From NCBI GenBank assembly GCA_964270895.1, contig OZ185450.1: a stretch of DNA of 64,000 nt; one strand, given 5' to 3'. This DNA comes from Podarcis filfolensis (taxonomy: Eukaryota). A model generated the notes under the pieces. It made no database searches. It was given only the letters and a program-made list of their open reading frames with translations, and was not told where the DNA came from. Position 1 is the first letter of the stretch. Every line of letters starts with the position of its first letter. Position numbers and translations under genes: made by a program. Positions 34,301-44,866 of the stretch are shown here, in pieces.

Positions 34301-37300
34301 TTGGCACTCGGAGACATGGAGGTTTTACATTTGTTGAGGGTGGTGTAGTTTTTACAGCTGTAGGGGCAGAGGTGACCCATGCTATTTTGCCAGCCAACAC
34401 CCACCCCAAGAGGCTGCCACATAGATTATGAAGGCTTGCACTAAGCAGAGACAAAGATCTGTCCCTTAGGAGGGGATGGGTCAGGTGGCAGACAGGAGCT
34501 AGGTTTTCTGTGTGTAGAACCCAAACCTTTCTTATGTATGTTTCTTCTTTCGAGCAGAGCTTGGGAACACCATCTCTAGTCTCTTTGGAGGAGGGAGCCC
34601 TGTGCCAGAAGCATCTGAAAACTTGACTGAGACTGTTCAGGTGAGCTCTGTTCTGTGGAGAGCCTGCCAGCAAGATGCAGGATTTGAGCCTAATGCAAAT
34701 GTCAGCAGGGACTTGAAAAGGGGGTACAAATATGAAAAAAGAACAGGGGAGGATCCTGGTCTTAGTCTCAAGAGTTCTGTGAACCTGTTCAATGGCACTG
34801 TGTTCTTGGCTAAAACCATAATAAATACTTAAGAGTCAGAAGGAATCCATGACAAGTGACTGTCGCGGCAGAGCTTGTAGCTGGACCTGCTGGGTCCCTT
34901 CAGAGTCACGCCTGTCTTGGCTGAAGAAGCCTAGCTGCGCAAGGTTCTTATAACACCCTTGGGAATTTCCCCTCTGTTGCCCAGGAGGAAGAGGAGAGCC
35001 AAGCGGAAGCGGGTAAGGGGGACCAGAAGGATGACAATGGGGCTGCTAGTGAGGAGGAAGGAAAGCAGCCAACGCCATCCCCATCTCAGGAAAAAGCTGC
35101 TGAAGATGCTTCAGCTGAGGACCAACAAGAGGAAGGAAGAGAGAAATCAGACTCCCAGGTGAGCAAGCAGTGAGGAGGGTCACTGAAGAGCCTCCCCCCC
35201 CCCCTTTTTATCCAATAGGAGACAAATGAGAAGGCGTCTATAGGGGTGAAGTTATTGTGGGGAACAGTACTTTTTCACGCTTCAAATCCCCTGAGCCATG
35301 GTTGTCTACTTATTGGAGAGGGTGGGAAACTTCCTTTTAAGGTCTGATACCTATGGGGTTGTGTGAGAATTCTCCTGAAAACTTGGCATCTACATGGTTC
35401 GGAGCCTGTTTTTAGGTTGGCGGACTCTAGCTTCTGGAAGTGATGGCTGAATCCAGGGCCATTACAAGACCTTTTGCTACCTGAGGCAAATACGGTGGTT
35501 TCCACCAACAACAAATTGTACATACAAACTCTGACTGGACCAGCAGTTGAATTTTTTATTTCATCGTTGACAATGGAATAATGCCCTCCACCAACCCTGA
35601 GGGCAAGAGTAGTTATGCAGGTACAGATCTTACAACAGAAAGATATGGCCAGGGAACTCGGAAGGAATGGGGTTGGTAGGTGGCTGTTCCCAGAAGTTAG
35701 CACTTGAGGTAGTTGCCTCTCTACCTAATGGCAGGGCCGGCCCAACTTAAATTTAAAATTAAAGCAAGCCTGTCAAATGTTGGCTCTAGCTGGTGGCTGA
35801 AAACAGCCCCCTGTTAGTCCTGGAATTGCTCCCATCTAGGAAGCCCAAGAAAAGACGGATACTGGGAAGGATGAGGAGCCTACAAAGAGCCCCGAGGGCA
35901 ATGGTGCCAAAGCAGCTGAGGAGGAGGAGAAAAAGCTGAAGCCGCCAAAGAAACAAAAGCTGGTGGAAGAGATTGCAGTGGAGCTGGATGTGAATGATGT
36001 GCCAGAGTTGCTGCCAGAAGAATTGCAGGACTCCATTAAGAAGTAGGTGGATCTTCAGGGCTGCCTCTGCCCCCTAGCTGTGGGCTGGGATGAGACGGCT
36101 TGCAGTCAGTGCATGGGGATGCTTTTTGTCTTCTCACATTCAGGGAAGGTTGTGACCTTGGGTACCTTGTTCTTCCCGCCTTTTTCTAACACCAGGTTGC
36201 AAGAATTGACTGAAAGAGACATAGCAAAGCATGAGAGGGAAAAGTCAGCCAATGGCCTTGAGGCCTTCATCTTTGAGACTCAGGTAGGTCCCAGGAAAAA
36301 GGATCAGAGGGCATAGATGGCTTTAGCGGGTTCATCTTGTTGCCGATGATCCCACCCCCATAAAATTATTTCTCTGCTGCCGTTTAACTTATGTGTATCT
36401 TGTCTTTTGTGTAAAGTTGCAGCACTATTGCAACTTGAGCTGTAAGAAAATTTGGAATAGGTCAGGGAGGCTGCTGTGTCGCCTTTGGCTAAATTTCTGT
36501 CAGGAGGACGAGCGAACAAAGCCTAAGACTCCTGTTTGATGAATGTTCCCATAAGTGACAAGAACATCAGAGAGATTGATTTTGTGTGTGTGTGTCTTTT
36601 ACCAGGATAAGCTACAACAGGAGGAGTATAAGTTTGTTTCAACAGAAGATGAGCGAGAGGAAATTTCCAAGAAGCTGAGCGAAGCTTCCAACTGGATGGA
36701 AGAGGAAGGCTATACAGCCACAACTAAGGTTGGGGCAGCACTTTGAACTGCCAATATCTTTTCCAGGGGAAACTTCTCTGTATTGTTAGGCTAGAGTTTG
36801 AAGATTCTCAGAGTGTGTTTCGTGTGGGTTATCTGGACTACAGAAGTGTCTTTCCCTTGCCAAAAGCGTTTGGAAATTTTAGGCAGTACATTTTGTCAGA
36901 ATCGGAGAAGCGGAAGAAGGCGACTTGCTATGGTTGATGAGAACAACTTTAAACTTCCTTGATTGCACTGCCTTCTGGGCAATGCCAAAGTACTTTGTCA
37001 TTCATAGCTACAAACATTGTGTGGGATTCCCGTGGTCTGCATGTCTGACTAACCTGCAAGTGTCACACTTAGTGCGTCTCCAAGCAGGCTCCGTTTGTGG
37101 ATCTTTAACCCCTACTTCCTGAATTTCTAAACCATCAGTAATCTTTGCAAGATGATATATGTGTCTGAGGCAGAATTTTAGTTTTTTAACTTCTATTCCA
37201 ATCCACAGGAGCTGAAAGAGAGGCTCTCTGAACTGAAGAAGCTGTGTCGGAGCCTTTTCTTCCGTGTGGAGGAGAGAAGGAAGTGGCCAGACCGTCTAGC

Positions 37301-40300
37301 TACCCTAGAAAGCTTGCTCAATCACTCCAATATTTTCCTCAAGTACGAGCAACCAAGATGTCTTTAGTAGGAAAGGAGGGGACTTGGGTTGGGGCAGAGG
37401 GGCTTGCCTTACTCACACTAGCAGCTGAGATCACTCTCTGGACCCAAAGGGTGTGCATGGGGAGCTGTGCAATGCAGCTGTTTAAATCTCAGCAAGGCAA
37501 CCAGGAGACAAAGAAGCAGTTCACTTTCAGTGAAACCGTTTTTGGTTGTACCACACAACAGTTTTATTTTAATAAGCCTTGTTCTCAAGCTGATAGTGGC
37601 ACTCATGGAAGAATAGCTACAGGTTCCAGTGCTGTAGCTTCCTCTTGCTAAAAGTTATATATGAAAATGGTCCCCATTTATGAGAAGTTGAGATTCTTAG
37701 CATGAAACGCTAAACTCTTACCCATGAGAGTTGCTTTCCAAATCTCTGCTACCTTGAAAGGAAGTAAGGGTGCATATCAAGGACCAAGATAATTACACAT
37801 GTGCATGCTGCTATAAGGGTGTGGTGGAGTTTGCTTTTCTTATGGAGGGCTGGTATTTTGCCATAGTCATACATACTGGGTTTTTTTTCCTTTCCTTGAA
37901 CAATATTTTACATTTTTTTGTGTAGAACTTCAGTTACTGATTCCATATCTTTGTCACCAAATAGAAAGGAAAATTTTTTGAGGCAAAAGAAATTGGCACT
38001 CATGGTCACTGGAAAAAAAATCCCGCTTTGTAACCATCTCCCGAAGTTTCACCTGTTGTCCATCTCACTTGTTAACATGGTTGTCAAACTTAGCAGTTGA
38101 AATTAGCTAGAAATGTTATGGCCTAGATATTTCTGTGCTGCATCCTGTGTCCCAGTTGTCACTTTTCCTAGAATTGTAAAGCTGAAGGTGTTGTCTTTGG
38201 CAGTTGTTGTTGGCTGCACAGGAGCCAGTTACACCAACTGGTGAAAACTGCTTCAAGGCAAGAGGGAGACACATTTCTCATTCACTTTTTCAGGGGCGCT
38301 CGCATGATCCCGGAGGCTGATCAGTTATTCACAGAGGTGGAGCTAAGCACCTTGGAAAAAGTTATAAACGAGACAACGGTAAGAAGGGTCACAAGGAGTG
38401 CAGAAAATCTTTTCAGTATCCAAACTATGTGCGTTCATGCATGTGCATGTCTTGTCCCTTCTGCTCTAGGCTCCAAAAGATACCCCTTTTGGTCTTTTTA
38501 CTTAGAATGTTGTGATTCAGTTCACAGGTAAACCTAAGAATCCTGCCAAAATACAGTAAGCCCACAACTTGTGCTTGCTTTATGGAGTATGGGGTATGAA
38601 TGAATGAATGAATGAATGAATGAATGAATGAATGAATGGTTGTAGAAATGGGGCTCAGCAGAGGCCACGTGGAGCTTTCAAGCAGTGATTTTGCATAGAG
38701 TCTTGGTGTTGTGTCAGGTCAGAAGGCCATTGGCACTTGGTAAATGAGCAGCACCAAACAGGGCTGGTCTTATCAGGTGGAGCCTAAGGATAATATGTTT
38801 TCCTGGGTTTGTTTGTTTTAGTTGTGGAAGAATGAGACACTGGCAGAACAGACCAAGCTGTCGCCCGCCGAGAAGCCTATTCTGCTTTCCAAAGACATTG
38901 AGCTGAAGATTGCAGCTCTGGACAGGGAAGTGCAATACCTCCTCAACAAAGCCAAGTTTTCAAAGATCAGGCCCCCCAAGAAGAACACCACAAAAACAGA
39001 AGCGGGCAAGAACACCACTGTGCCTCCTGAGGGTGAAAAGGTCATTCCTCCCAAGGATGAGAATCAAAAAGGTAAGAAGGTCTCGCAGCAGCATCAGTAG
39101 TCTTCTAATTCCCCTGTTCATATTCCCTGGTGTTTGAAACTAGCCCTGTGGAAGACTGCTTGGTGTAAAAGAGGGTCCTCATTCTTTGCTGCCTCTTCTA
39201 GCCTTTAGTTGGTTGCTCCATGAGCTGTGTTGTAAATGGCTCAAATTTCTCTTGGGTGATGTGGTGTGCATCCAGTTTGGTCATTGCACATACCTCTGCA
39301 ACTGGATACCTTTTTTTCTCCTTCCAACCAGATAAACCAGAAGATGCTAGCCCAGTCAAAGAACCACCCATAGAAGAAAAAGCACCACTGGATGATGAAT
39401 TGGGACCAGACTCTGGTAAGGAATGAATCAATTTATTTTGATCACTGACCTGAACTCTGGTAAGGAAATATTGGGCTGAGAAAATTGGAGTTCCATAGGC
39501 TATGTAATTGCTTTTTCTTGGGTTCTCCACATCATAGTGGGAATTCAGGAACCTTTTATTCTGGAGCCATGCTATTGTGGGCCTCAAATTCACAATGTGA
39601 AACAATGTAAGAAAACAAGTTATCAAAATTACTATTTTAATAGCTGTAGTCAATTCATACAGTTGATGCTGGGAAACTCCATGCCACCCTGGGAATTGGC
39701 TGCAAGGCAGGGGGAGACGTGGCTGCTTTCAGAAAAGACATTGGGCACTGATTCTCAAGGGGCACAAAGAGCATTCCCAACATTCAGGGAGGGAGGAGAA
39801 AAGACGGTAATACAGAGGGATGAGCTATTCCCAGACAAGGCTTGCTCTCTTCTCCTTGCCCTGCCAACCCAGGGGGAGGGTACTCCTGGCAAAAGCTCCT
39901 CGCCAAGTGATCTCAACAGTCCTGATGGAAGAAGGGGCCTCAAGAGCACGTGTAGGGAATTTAAGTGGCACAAATGTGTGGGTTTAAAGTGCCACAAAAC
40001 TGATTGAATTTTTATGCAGCATGCATCTCAAGGATGGCAATGTATTTTTTTCCCAATTACCCTTTTCTTACTTCCTGTTTATCTCATCCCTGCACTGCAC
40101 GAGGGTTGGCACTGAGAATCTTGAAGAACCAAATCCCTTTGGAACCGTCCAGGGTTAGGGTTAGCAAATGTAGAGGTAGCAAGCCTTTACTTTTCAATTC
40201 CAAATACTCTTCCATCCGCTAATATGTTTGAGTCTCAAGCCATGGCTTTATCTGCCTGCTCTTGCTTTCTAACCCTGCTACCCTGTTTCTTACTCTTTTT

Positions 40301-40465
40301 AATATCTGAACATGTTTCCCTAGTACTATCTTGATTTGGAAAGTTGTTGTCCATGCTGCACAGTTTTGATTCATTACGCTTTTTCTGCTCTTGCTCTTTT
40401 CAGGGCCACAAACTGACAAGAGGTCGGAAACAAGGGAAGACACCAGAACCAATGATGAATTATAA
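25299..40465 (+). CDS. HYOU1: Hypoxia up-regulated 1 / ORP150 / GRP170 (ER Hsp70-family chaperone and nucleotide exchange factor), 992 aa
   Basis: Exons: 25299-25365, 27503-27596, 28754-28832, 29249-29403, 29658-29734, 29858-30039, 31027-31142, 31631-31814, 32048-32182, 32381-32463, 32569-32701, 32902-33089, 33762-33900, 33984-34044, 34558-34640, 34985-35158, 35840-36042, 36196-36283, 36606-36728, 37209-37342, 38294-38378, 38822-39071, 39332-39415, 40404-40465, total 2979 nt. Signal peptide, Hsp70 motifs ([28 protein letters not shown]), C-terminal NDEL. Confidence 0.97.
25492..25741 (-). mobile_element. tRNA-Lys-derived SINE (internally deleted head) interrupted by a MITE
   Basis: Reverse complement head tagctcagtcc..ttgtgggttcgagccccatgttgggc; CR1-like tail split at atctag. 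Confidence 0.65.
25533..25669. mobile_element. hAT-type MITE nested in the SINE
   Basis: TIR cagggtttcccaaacttgg / ccaaatttgggggaccctg; TSD atctagtc/atctagcc. Confidence 0.75.
26800..27270 (+). mobile_element. Degraded L2 LINE 3' end
   Basis: Remnant ...FQVQFKVL.FTFKTLH.LRAG... resembles the L2 ORF2 C-terminus; T-rich tail follows. Confidence 0.6.
27503..27596 (+). CDS. HYOU1: HYOU1 coding exon 2
   Basis: 94 bp, [30 protein letters not shown]. Confidence 0.96.
27613..28175. mobile_element. Non-autonomous Tc1/mariner (Tc2-like) element with internal tandem repeats
   Basis: TA|ctgtatttttcgctccatagggcgca ... tgcatccaatagagcgaaaaatatgg|TA; internal units start at 27743, 27901 and 28051. Confidence 0.8.
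28754..28832 (+). CDS. HYOU1: HYOU1 coding exon 3
   Basis: 79 bp, [26 protein letters not shown]. Confidence 0.96.
29249..29403 (+). CDS. HYOU1: HYOU1 coding exon 4
   Basis: 155 bp, [18 protein letters not shown]. Confidence 0.95.
29658..29734 (+). CDS. HYOU1: HYOU1 coding exon 5
   Basis: 77 bp, [25 protein letters not shown]. Confidence 0.95.
29858..30039 (+). CDS. HYOU1: HYOU1 coding exon 6
   Basis: 182 bp, [20 protein letters not shown]. Confidence 0.96.
31027..31142 (+). CDS. HYOU1: HYOU1 coding exon 7
   Basis: 116 bp, [20 protein letters not shown]. Confidence 0.96.
31631..31814 (+). CDS. HYOU1: HYOU1 coding exon 8
   Basis: 184 bp, [18 protein letters not shown]. Confidence 0.96.
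32048..32182 (+). CDS. HYOU1: HYOU1 coding exon 9
   Basis: 135 bp, [16 protein letters not shown]. Confidence 0.96.
32381..32463 (+). CDS. HYOU1: HYOU1 coding exon 10
   Basis: 83 bp, [19 protein letters not shown]. Confidence 0.96.
32569..32701 (+). CDS. HYOU1: HYOU1 coding exon 11
   Basis: 133 bp, [22 protein letters not shown]. Confidence 0.96.
32902..33089 (+). CDS. HYOU1: HYOU1 coding exon 12
   Basis: 188 bp, [10 protein letters not shown]...[13 protein letters not shown]. Confidence 0.96.
33762..33900 (+). CDS. HYOU1: HYOU1 coding exon 13
   Basis: 139 bp, [12 protein letters not shown]...GVLSLDR. Confidence 0.96.
33984..34044 (+). CDS. HYOU1: HYOU1 coding exon 14
   Basis: 61 bp, [20 protein letters not shown]. 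Confidence 0.95.
34558..34640 (+). CDS. HYOU1: HYOU1 coding exon 15
   Basis: 83 bp, [12 protein letters not shown]...TETVQ. Confidence 0.94.
34985..35158 (+). CDS. HYOU1: HYOU1 coding exon 16 (acidic loop)
   Basis: 174 bp, [16 protein letters not shown]...KSDSQ. Confidence 0.9.
35454..35745. mobile_element. Probable degraded hAT MITE
   Basis: Termini cagggccatt... and ...cctaatggcagggccggccc resemble hAT ends; no clean TSD. Confidence 0.4.
35840..36042 (+). CDS. HYOU1: HYOU1 coding exon 17
   Basis: 203 bp, EAQEKTD...[15 protein letters not shown]. Confidence 0.92.
36196..36283 (+). CDS. HYOU1: HYOU1 coding exon 18
   Basis: 88 bp, LQELTERD...LEAFIFETQ. Confidence 0.95.
36606..36728 (+). 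CDS. HYOU1: HYOU1 coding exon 19
   Basis: 123 bp, [21 protein letters not shown]. Confidence 0.95.
37209..37342 (+). CDS. HYOU1: HYOU1 coding exon 20
   Basis: 134 bp, [13 protein letters not shown]...RKWPDRL. Confidence 0.95.
38294..38378 (+). CDS. HYOU1: HYOU1 coding exon 21
   Basis: 85 bp, [16 protein letters not shown]. Confidence 0.95.
38596..38638. repeat. (GAAT)n microsatellite
   Basis: About 10 perfect units. Confidence 0.95.
38822..39071 (+). CDS. HYOU1: HYOU1 coding exon 22
   Basis: 250 bp, [10 protein letters not shown]...[13 protein letters not shown]. Confidence 0.94.
39332..39415 (+). CDS. HYOU1: HYOU1 coding exon 23
   Basis: 84 bp, symmetric phase 1, [15 protein letters not shown]. 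Confidence 0.8.
40404..40465 (+). CDS. HYOU1: HYOU1 last coding exon (…TRTNDEL*)
   Basis: 62 bp; NDEL ER-retention signal then TAA. Confidence 0.93.
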
Positions 40466-42021
40466 CAGTTCCTTAAACCCTTGCACCAACACCTATTTAT
40501 TTACAGTTAACTCCATTGTTTTTATGATGGACCTGGTTAGTGGAACATGGCACAGACTGACAACAAAATGCAATAGAGCTGTACATTTTTTTTCTTTCTG
40601 TTGGGGATTTATTTGTTGCTGATTTTGGTGTGTTGTCTCTTCCTTTCTTTAAAAATGACTTTGAGCTCACTGGGCACTCTTGCTGTGTTTTCCACAGCAC
40701 TGACCCCTGAATTGCACTTCTAACCAGTAGATTTAAATCTACATGAAACTGTTCTAGGAAATGACAGTTGGCATCAGCAGTTTTTTGGGCTATGCTTCAC
40801 CTTCTGGAAACATTATTTGTCTGCAACTGGAAATATCAAATTGGAACCTTCTGCTGCAGCCTCATCATGTTATGGTTCATCAACTAGGCTTGAATGAGCA
40901 AGTCCCTTTATATCCTTACTCTTGGGCTGTTGATGGACAGTTTTCTGTTTTGGGGGTGTCTGTGCAACTGAAATGGATGAAACAGGAGTGGAGAGTAAAA
41001 GAAGTTGATAATGCTTGGAAGGAAAACCAAAATGCTCAAACAGATATACGACTCTGCTTTCAGAAGTATTTATCAGACAGCTGTAGCATAGCAGGGGTGG
41101 CCACTGATGAGACACGCATCCCTGATTCTTATTATCAGTTACTGCCATTAGCAAAACTCCCTAATGCCAGTCATTTTCTAAGAGGCCCATGAAACTATGC
41201 TGTTGTAATAAAGCAGGAAGTCTGATCTATCCCAGAAAGGTACAGGTTTTCTTTACCTATTTTAATTGCTCCTCAAGTTTGTAGATTTGCTTTCTAATTG
41301 CCTTCCCAGCAACACTGGGCACTGTTCTTAGTCTTGCCATTTCCTAATACTGCTGATGTTATATGGTGATTTGGGAAGCTGGCTTACAAAGCTTGCTGTC
41401 TTGGGTGGTGAATGCACATCTTTGTGTGTGCAACTTTTATTTACTAGCTCAGTCACCCTACTGGCAGCTGAACTTTCCACTTTGGCCACCTAGTAGTGTA
41501 GTAGGGACAGCTTTGGCTATAGGACAAATAATTGTGATACTTCAGTTTTCAGAAGTACAAATCAGTCCAACTGCACATAAACTAGAATATGTAAAGATGT
41601 CACAAAGTAGAGGAAAAACTTCATCCAGCCCTTTTTACTTCAGTTTTCCCCTCTACACACAATGTCCAAACTGTTCAAAGGAATATCATATGTAGACCAT
41701 GCTGAGACCCTGTTTTCTTTAACATCATTGCTCAGCAACTCATTCCTAAGCACTGCCTCCTAGTCCCTAAAATCAATTTGGAAATGTGTTCTTCTCTTGA
41801 ATTAATTTCAAGACGTCTTTGTCTTAACTTGCAGCTTTGAGAAATTATTTCTCTAGTATTCAGACAGAAGTGGTATGCCAAATGCTACAGGCTCCTAGAA
41901 CAAGGCAAATGTGAGAAATTAATACTAAATTGTGTGCTGCCTATTGTAATGCCCCCTTTCCTCTTCATTTCAACAAGCTTTATACTTGTGCTTGGAAGTT
42001 AAGCTTGCCATCTTTCCCAGT

Positions 42022-42029
42022 TGTGTGTG

Positions 42030-42069
<40 letters not shown>
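42022..42069. repeat. Compound (TG)n(AT)8(AC)n microsatellite
   Basis: Alternating purine/pyrimidine; the core 42022-42055 is palindromic. Confidence 0.9.
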
Positions 42070-42686
42070 GGTGTTTTTGCCTCTGTTAAAATGTGCGTTG
42101 AATATTTGGATTTTGATGAAAATGGAGTTTAAAACCTTATTAAAAACAAAGCAACTGTTTCTGCATACCTCTGTTTTGAGCAGAATGTGCATTCTACTGT
42201 GAGCATTGATAAAGTAATTGGAATTTGAATGTAAATCTTGGTTTCCTGAAAAACATTTCCCTGAATTTGTCTTGTGCTGTGTCTGTCTTTTCTTAAAAAT
42301 TTCCCCCTTTTGAACAGGGCAGGCTTAGAAGTTTTAATTTCTCTGTCATGGGAATGTAATTTGGGAGTGAAGGAGGAATGTTCCCTCTTCCATTCCTCTG
42401 CTGCTGCCTAAAACCCAACTAAGCCTAATCCAGAAAGCCAGTAGGCAAGAGAGTACCTTGTGCTGCCACCTTTGTGTGCTCTGCAGAAATTGTGCAAGTT
42501 CCCTCTGCCATATTGGCACTTACTTAGCTGTGGAGTCTGGAGTTGTTTGTTTTACATCAATGTTCAGGTGCTCGTTGATCAGTTCTGTTAACTTTTTTTT
42601 CTGGAGGGAGGAAAGGAGAAAGCGGGTGGTGATCACATTTTAAGTCATTCAGTTGAAATGTATTTGCTCCTTTTGAAAATGGTTTC

Positions 42687-42692
42687 AATAAA
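42687..42692 (+). terminator. Probable HYOU1 polyadenylation signal
   Basis: AATAAA about 2.2 kb after the stop; second AATAAA at 42740. Confidence 0.6.
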
Positions 42693-43419
42693 ATAACTTG
42701 CTTTTCTAAAAAAAAAAAATCACTCTTTTTAAATGGAAGAATAAAAATTGGTGGAACCTACACCGGCTACCCTCTCAAACAGATGGATCCTAAAGTGCCA
42801 CCTACTACCTGCTGCAGTGATGGATTTCTAAAAGGTGAGGGGCTGCCTGTTTGGTAATCCCTAACCCATCCAGGCCTCCTGTGTGGGCAGTGAGAATTGG
42901 CCATGGTGCCTAAGTGCAGTTTTTCTTTCCTCTCGCTTCCTTCCCCTCCATATTGGTGGATGCATTCTAGAGCTTGGGTAGTCAAGTGTGGTGCCCTCCA
43001 GGTGTTAGGCCCCTATTCTTTTAAGCCTGAATGGGTTAAGCCCAAAGGCAGTCCAACAACATCTGATGACCACCATATTGGCTACCTTTACTTGTGTGAT
43101 TTTTTTTCTTGTCCCTGAACCTCTTTTTAGTTTGGAATCCTGTCTCATGTTAAGCCCCCACTATATAAAAGGGTGTTGGATTTTCCCCCTAAACTTTAAA
43201 TACTCCTAGCATGAAGCCAGGGCCTTGTTTGGTGTGGTGCTTGATGCCTTCAGTTGGGGTTTCATTTTTGACAGGAAGGACAGGGAGGCTGTTGCCTTGG
43301 TGACCATTCCTCTGTGGAGGTAGCTGGCCAAGGGGGGAAAGTCAGCATTTTATTTTATTTATGGCCTCCTTCAGCTTCTCCTCAAGGTGCTTCCTACTTA
43401 AAATGCTGTCAGCGCAGCC

Positions 43420-44340
43420 TTTGGCTGCCTCAAAAGGCGCAGCCCTTTCTCGTCGTTACTTTTTGGCGGGAAAAGTGATTCAAACTTGGAAGGCCGCAGG
43501 TCTTTCAGTAGTGGGAAGTGCGCGTGCGCTGCAGCTTGGCTTGGGACGTGAGGTCGACGGGAAAACAGGTAAAGGAGGCCAAACACGGATGGCGACCCTG
43601 CTTAGAAAGGGAAGCGTTGCCATAGGAAACCGCGCGAGAGGCAGGGATTGGCCGGAAGCTCTTACCTGTCGACACGGACAATATGGATTGGAGGAGCCCG
43701 GAGAGTGGCGTGCCCCTTGCCCAATAGCCGAGGAGAATGCTTTACGCAAGGCGGAGCTTCACACTGCGGGTCGCTGAGGAGCCACTATCAGGTTAGCCCA
43801 CTTTTCCTGCGGATGGTGCAGAGGAACCACCGCGGCCGGTTGGTGGGTTGGCGGTGGCGAATGGTCCACGTCCGGCTTGGGCAAGCGCCCTTGAATTGTA
43901 TGGGCCCAAGGTGCCCGGGCCGACGTTGATGGGCGCCCGGAGGCCTTTGGGAGCGGGAGGGAGCCGCTGCGGCGAGCGTGATAAAAGTTTCTTCCTGCGT
44001 CCTCGCGACCTTTGCTTCCCTTGTTGTGTGGATTTATACTAAAGGGTTACCGCTGCCGTGCCGCTATCCTCTCGGAGGGTGAAGGGATGGGGCCACGGCG
44101 CTCCCCTGGGGCAGGTGGGCACCTCGCACTGCCTGAACCCGTCCCCAGGCGGGAGGAGTGGAATGCGAATAGCCTCCGCCCGGGGTCGGGGGACCCGCCC
44201 GGTCTCTTGACTGCCTCTGCCAATTCAATTGCCTTTCCTGTCTGGCTCCGTATGGCGTACGTGCCAGGCACCCCCACAAACACCCGAGACTCAAGATCCT
44301 GCCGTTTCTCGATTTAGCCGCATCTCTGCCTAGACCTAGG
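43420..44340 (+). promoter_or_regulatory. CpG island, distal SLC37A4 promoter and non-coding exon(s)
   Basis: CpG-rich; X-box GTTGCCATAGGAAAC 43616-43630, ATTGG and CCGGAAG near 43645, CCAAT near 43720; candidate donors after 43568 and 43791. Confidence 0.7.
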
Positions 44341-44720
44341 AAATGGTCACATTCCTCTGCCTAGGAAATGAAGAATAAAGGCAGTGCAGCTCCTAATATA
44401 TAGCGCTGTTCTCCAATCCCAAACTTTTTAAATTCAAACATTCGCTTAAAGTATACAGAATTATCTCAGGCTAAAGTTGAACTGTTAACTCCACCGTAAC
44501 TATTGCCTCCCTCCCCTTATTATTTATTAAATTAAACTTACTAGTAGTCAGTTGTAACCCAAAGGGTCTTTCAGAATGTAGGTTGGAATATATATGTGTG
44601 TGTATGACAATGGCACACAGAAATACATAAATACATTACGTCATATACTACATTAATATTACATACAGAACAGCATATTAGGAAAACACACAAACCCCCA
44701 TTTTTTGGCATCCGTCTGTC

Positions 44721-44866
44721 CAGTGGCGTAGCGTGGGTTGACAGAGCCCGGGGCAAGGCAAGTAATTTGCACCCCTAACCCGTGGATTTGCGCCCCCTAA
44801 CCCTAACCCCCAGATGTTGCGCCCGGTGCGGCCGGCCCCCCCTGCACCCCCCACGCTACGCCACTG
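44721..44866. mobile_element. Young hAT MITE containing CCCTAA units
   Basis: Perfect 17-bp TIR CAGTGGCGTAGCGTGGG and perfect 8-bp TSD CGTCTGTC. Confidence 0.9.

Noticed and set aside
39788-39806. Extra HYOU1 micro-exon (ag|ggagggaggagaaaagacg|gt)
   Set aside because: 19 nt would frameshift the NDEL exon.
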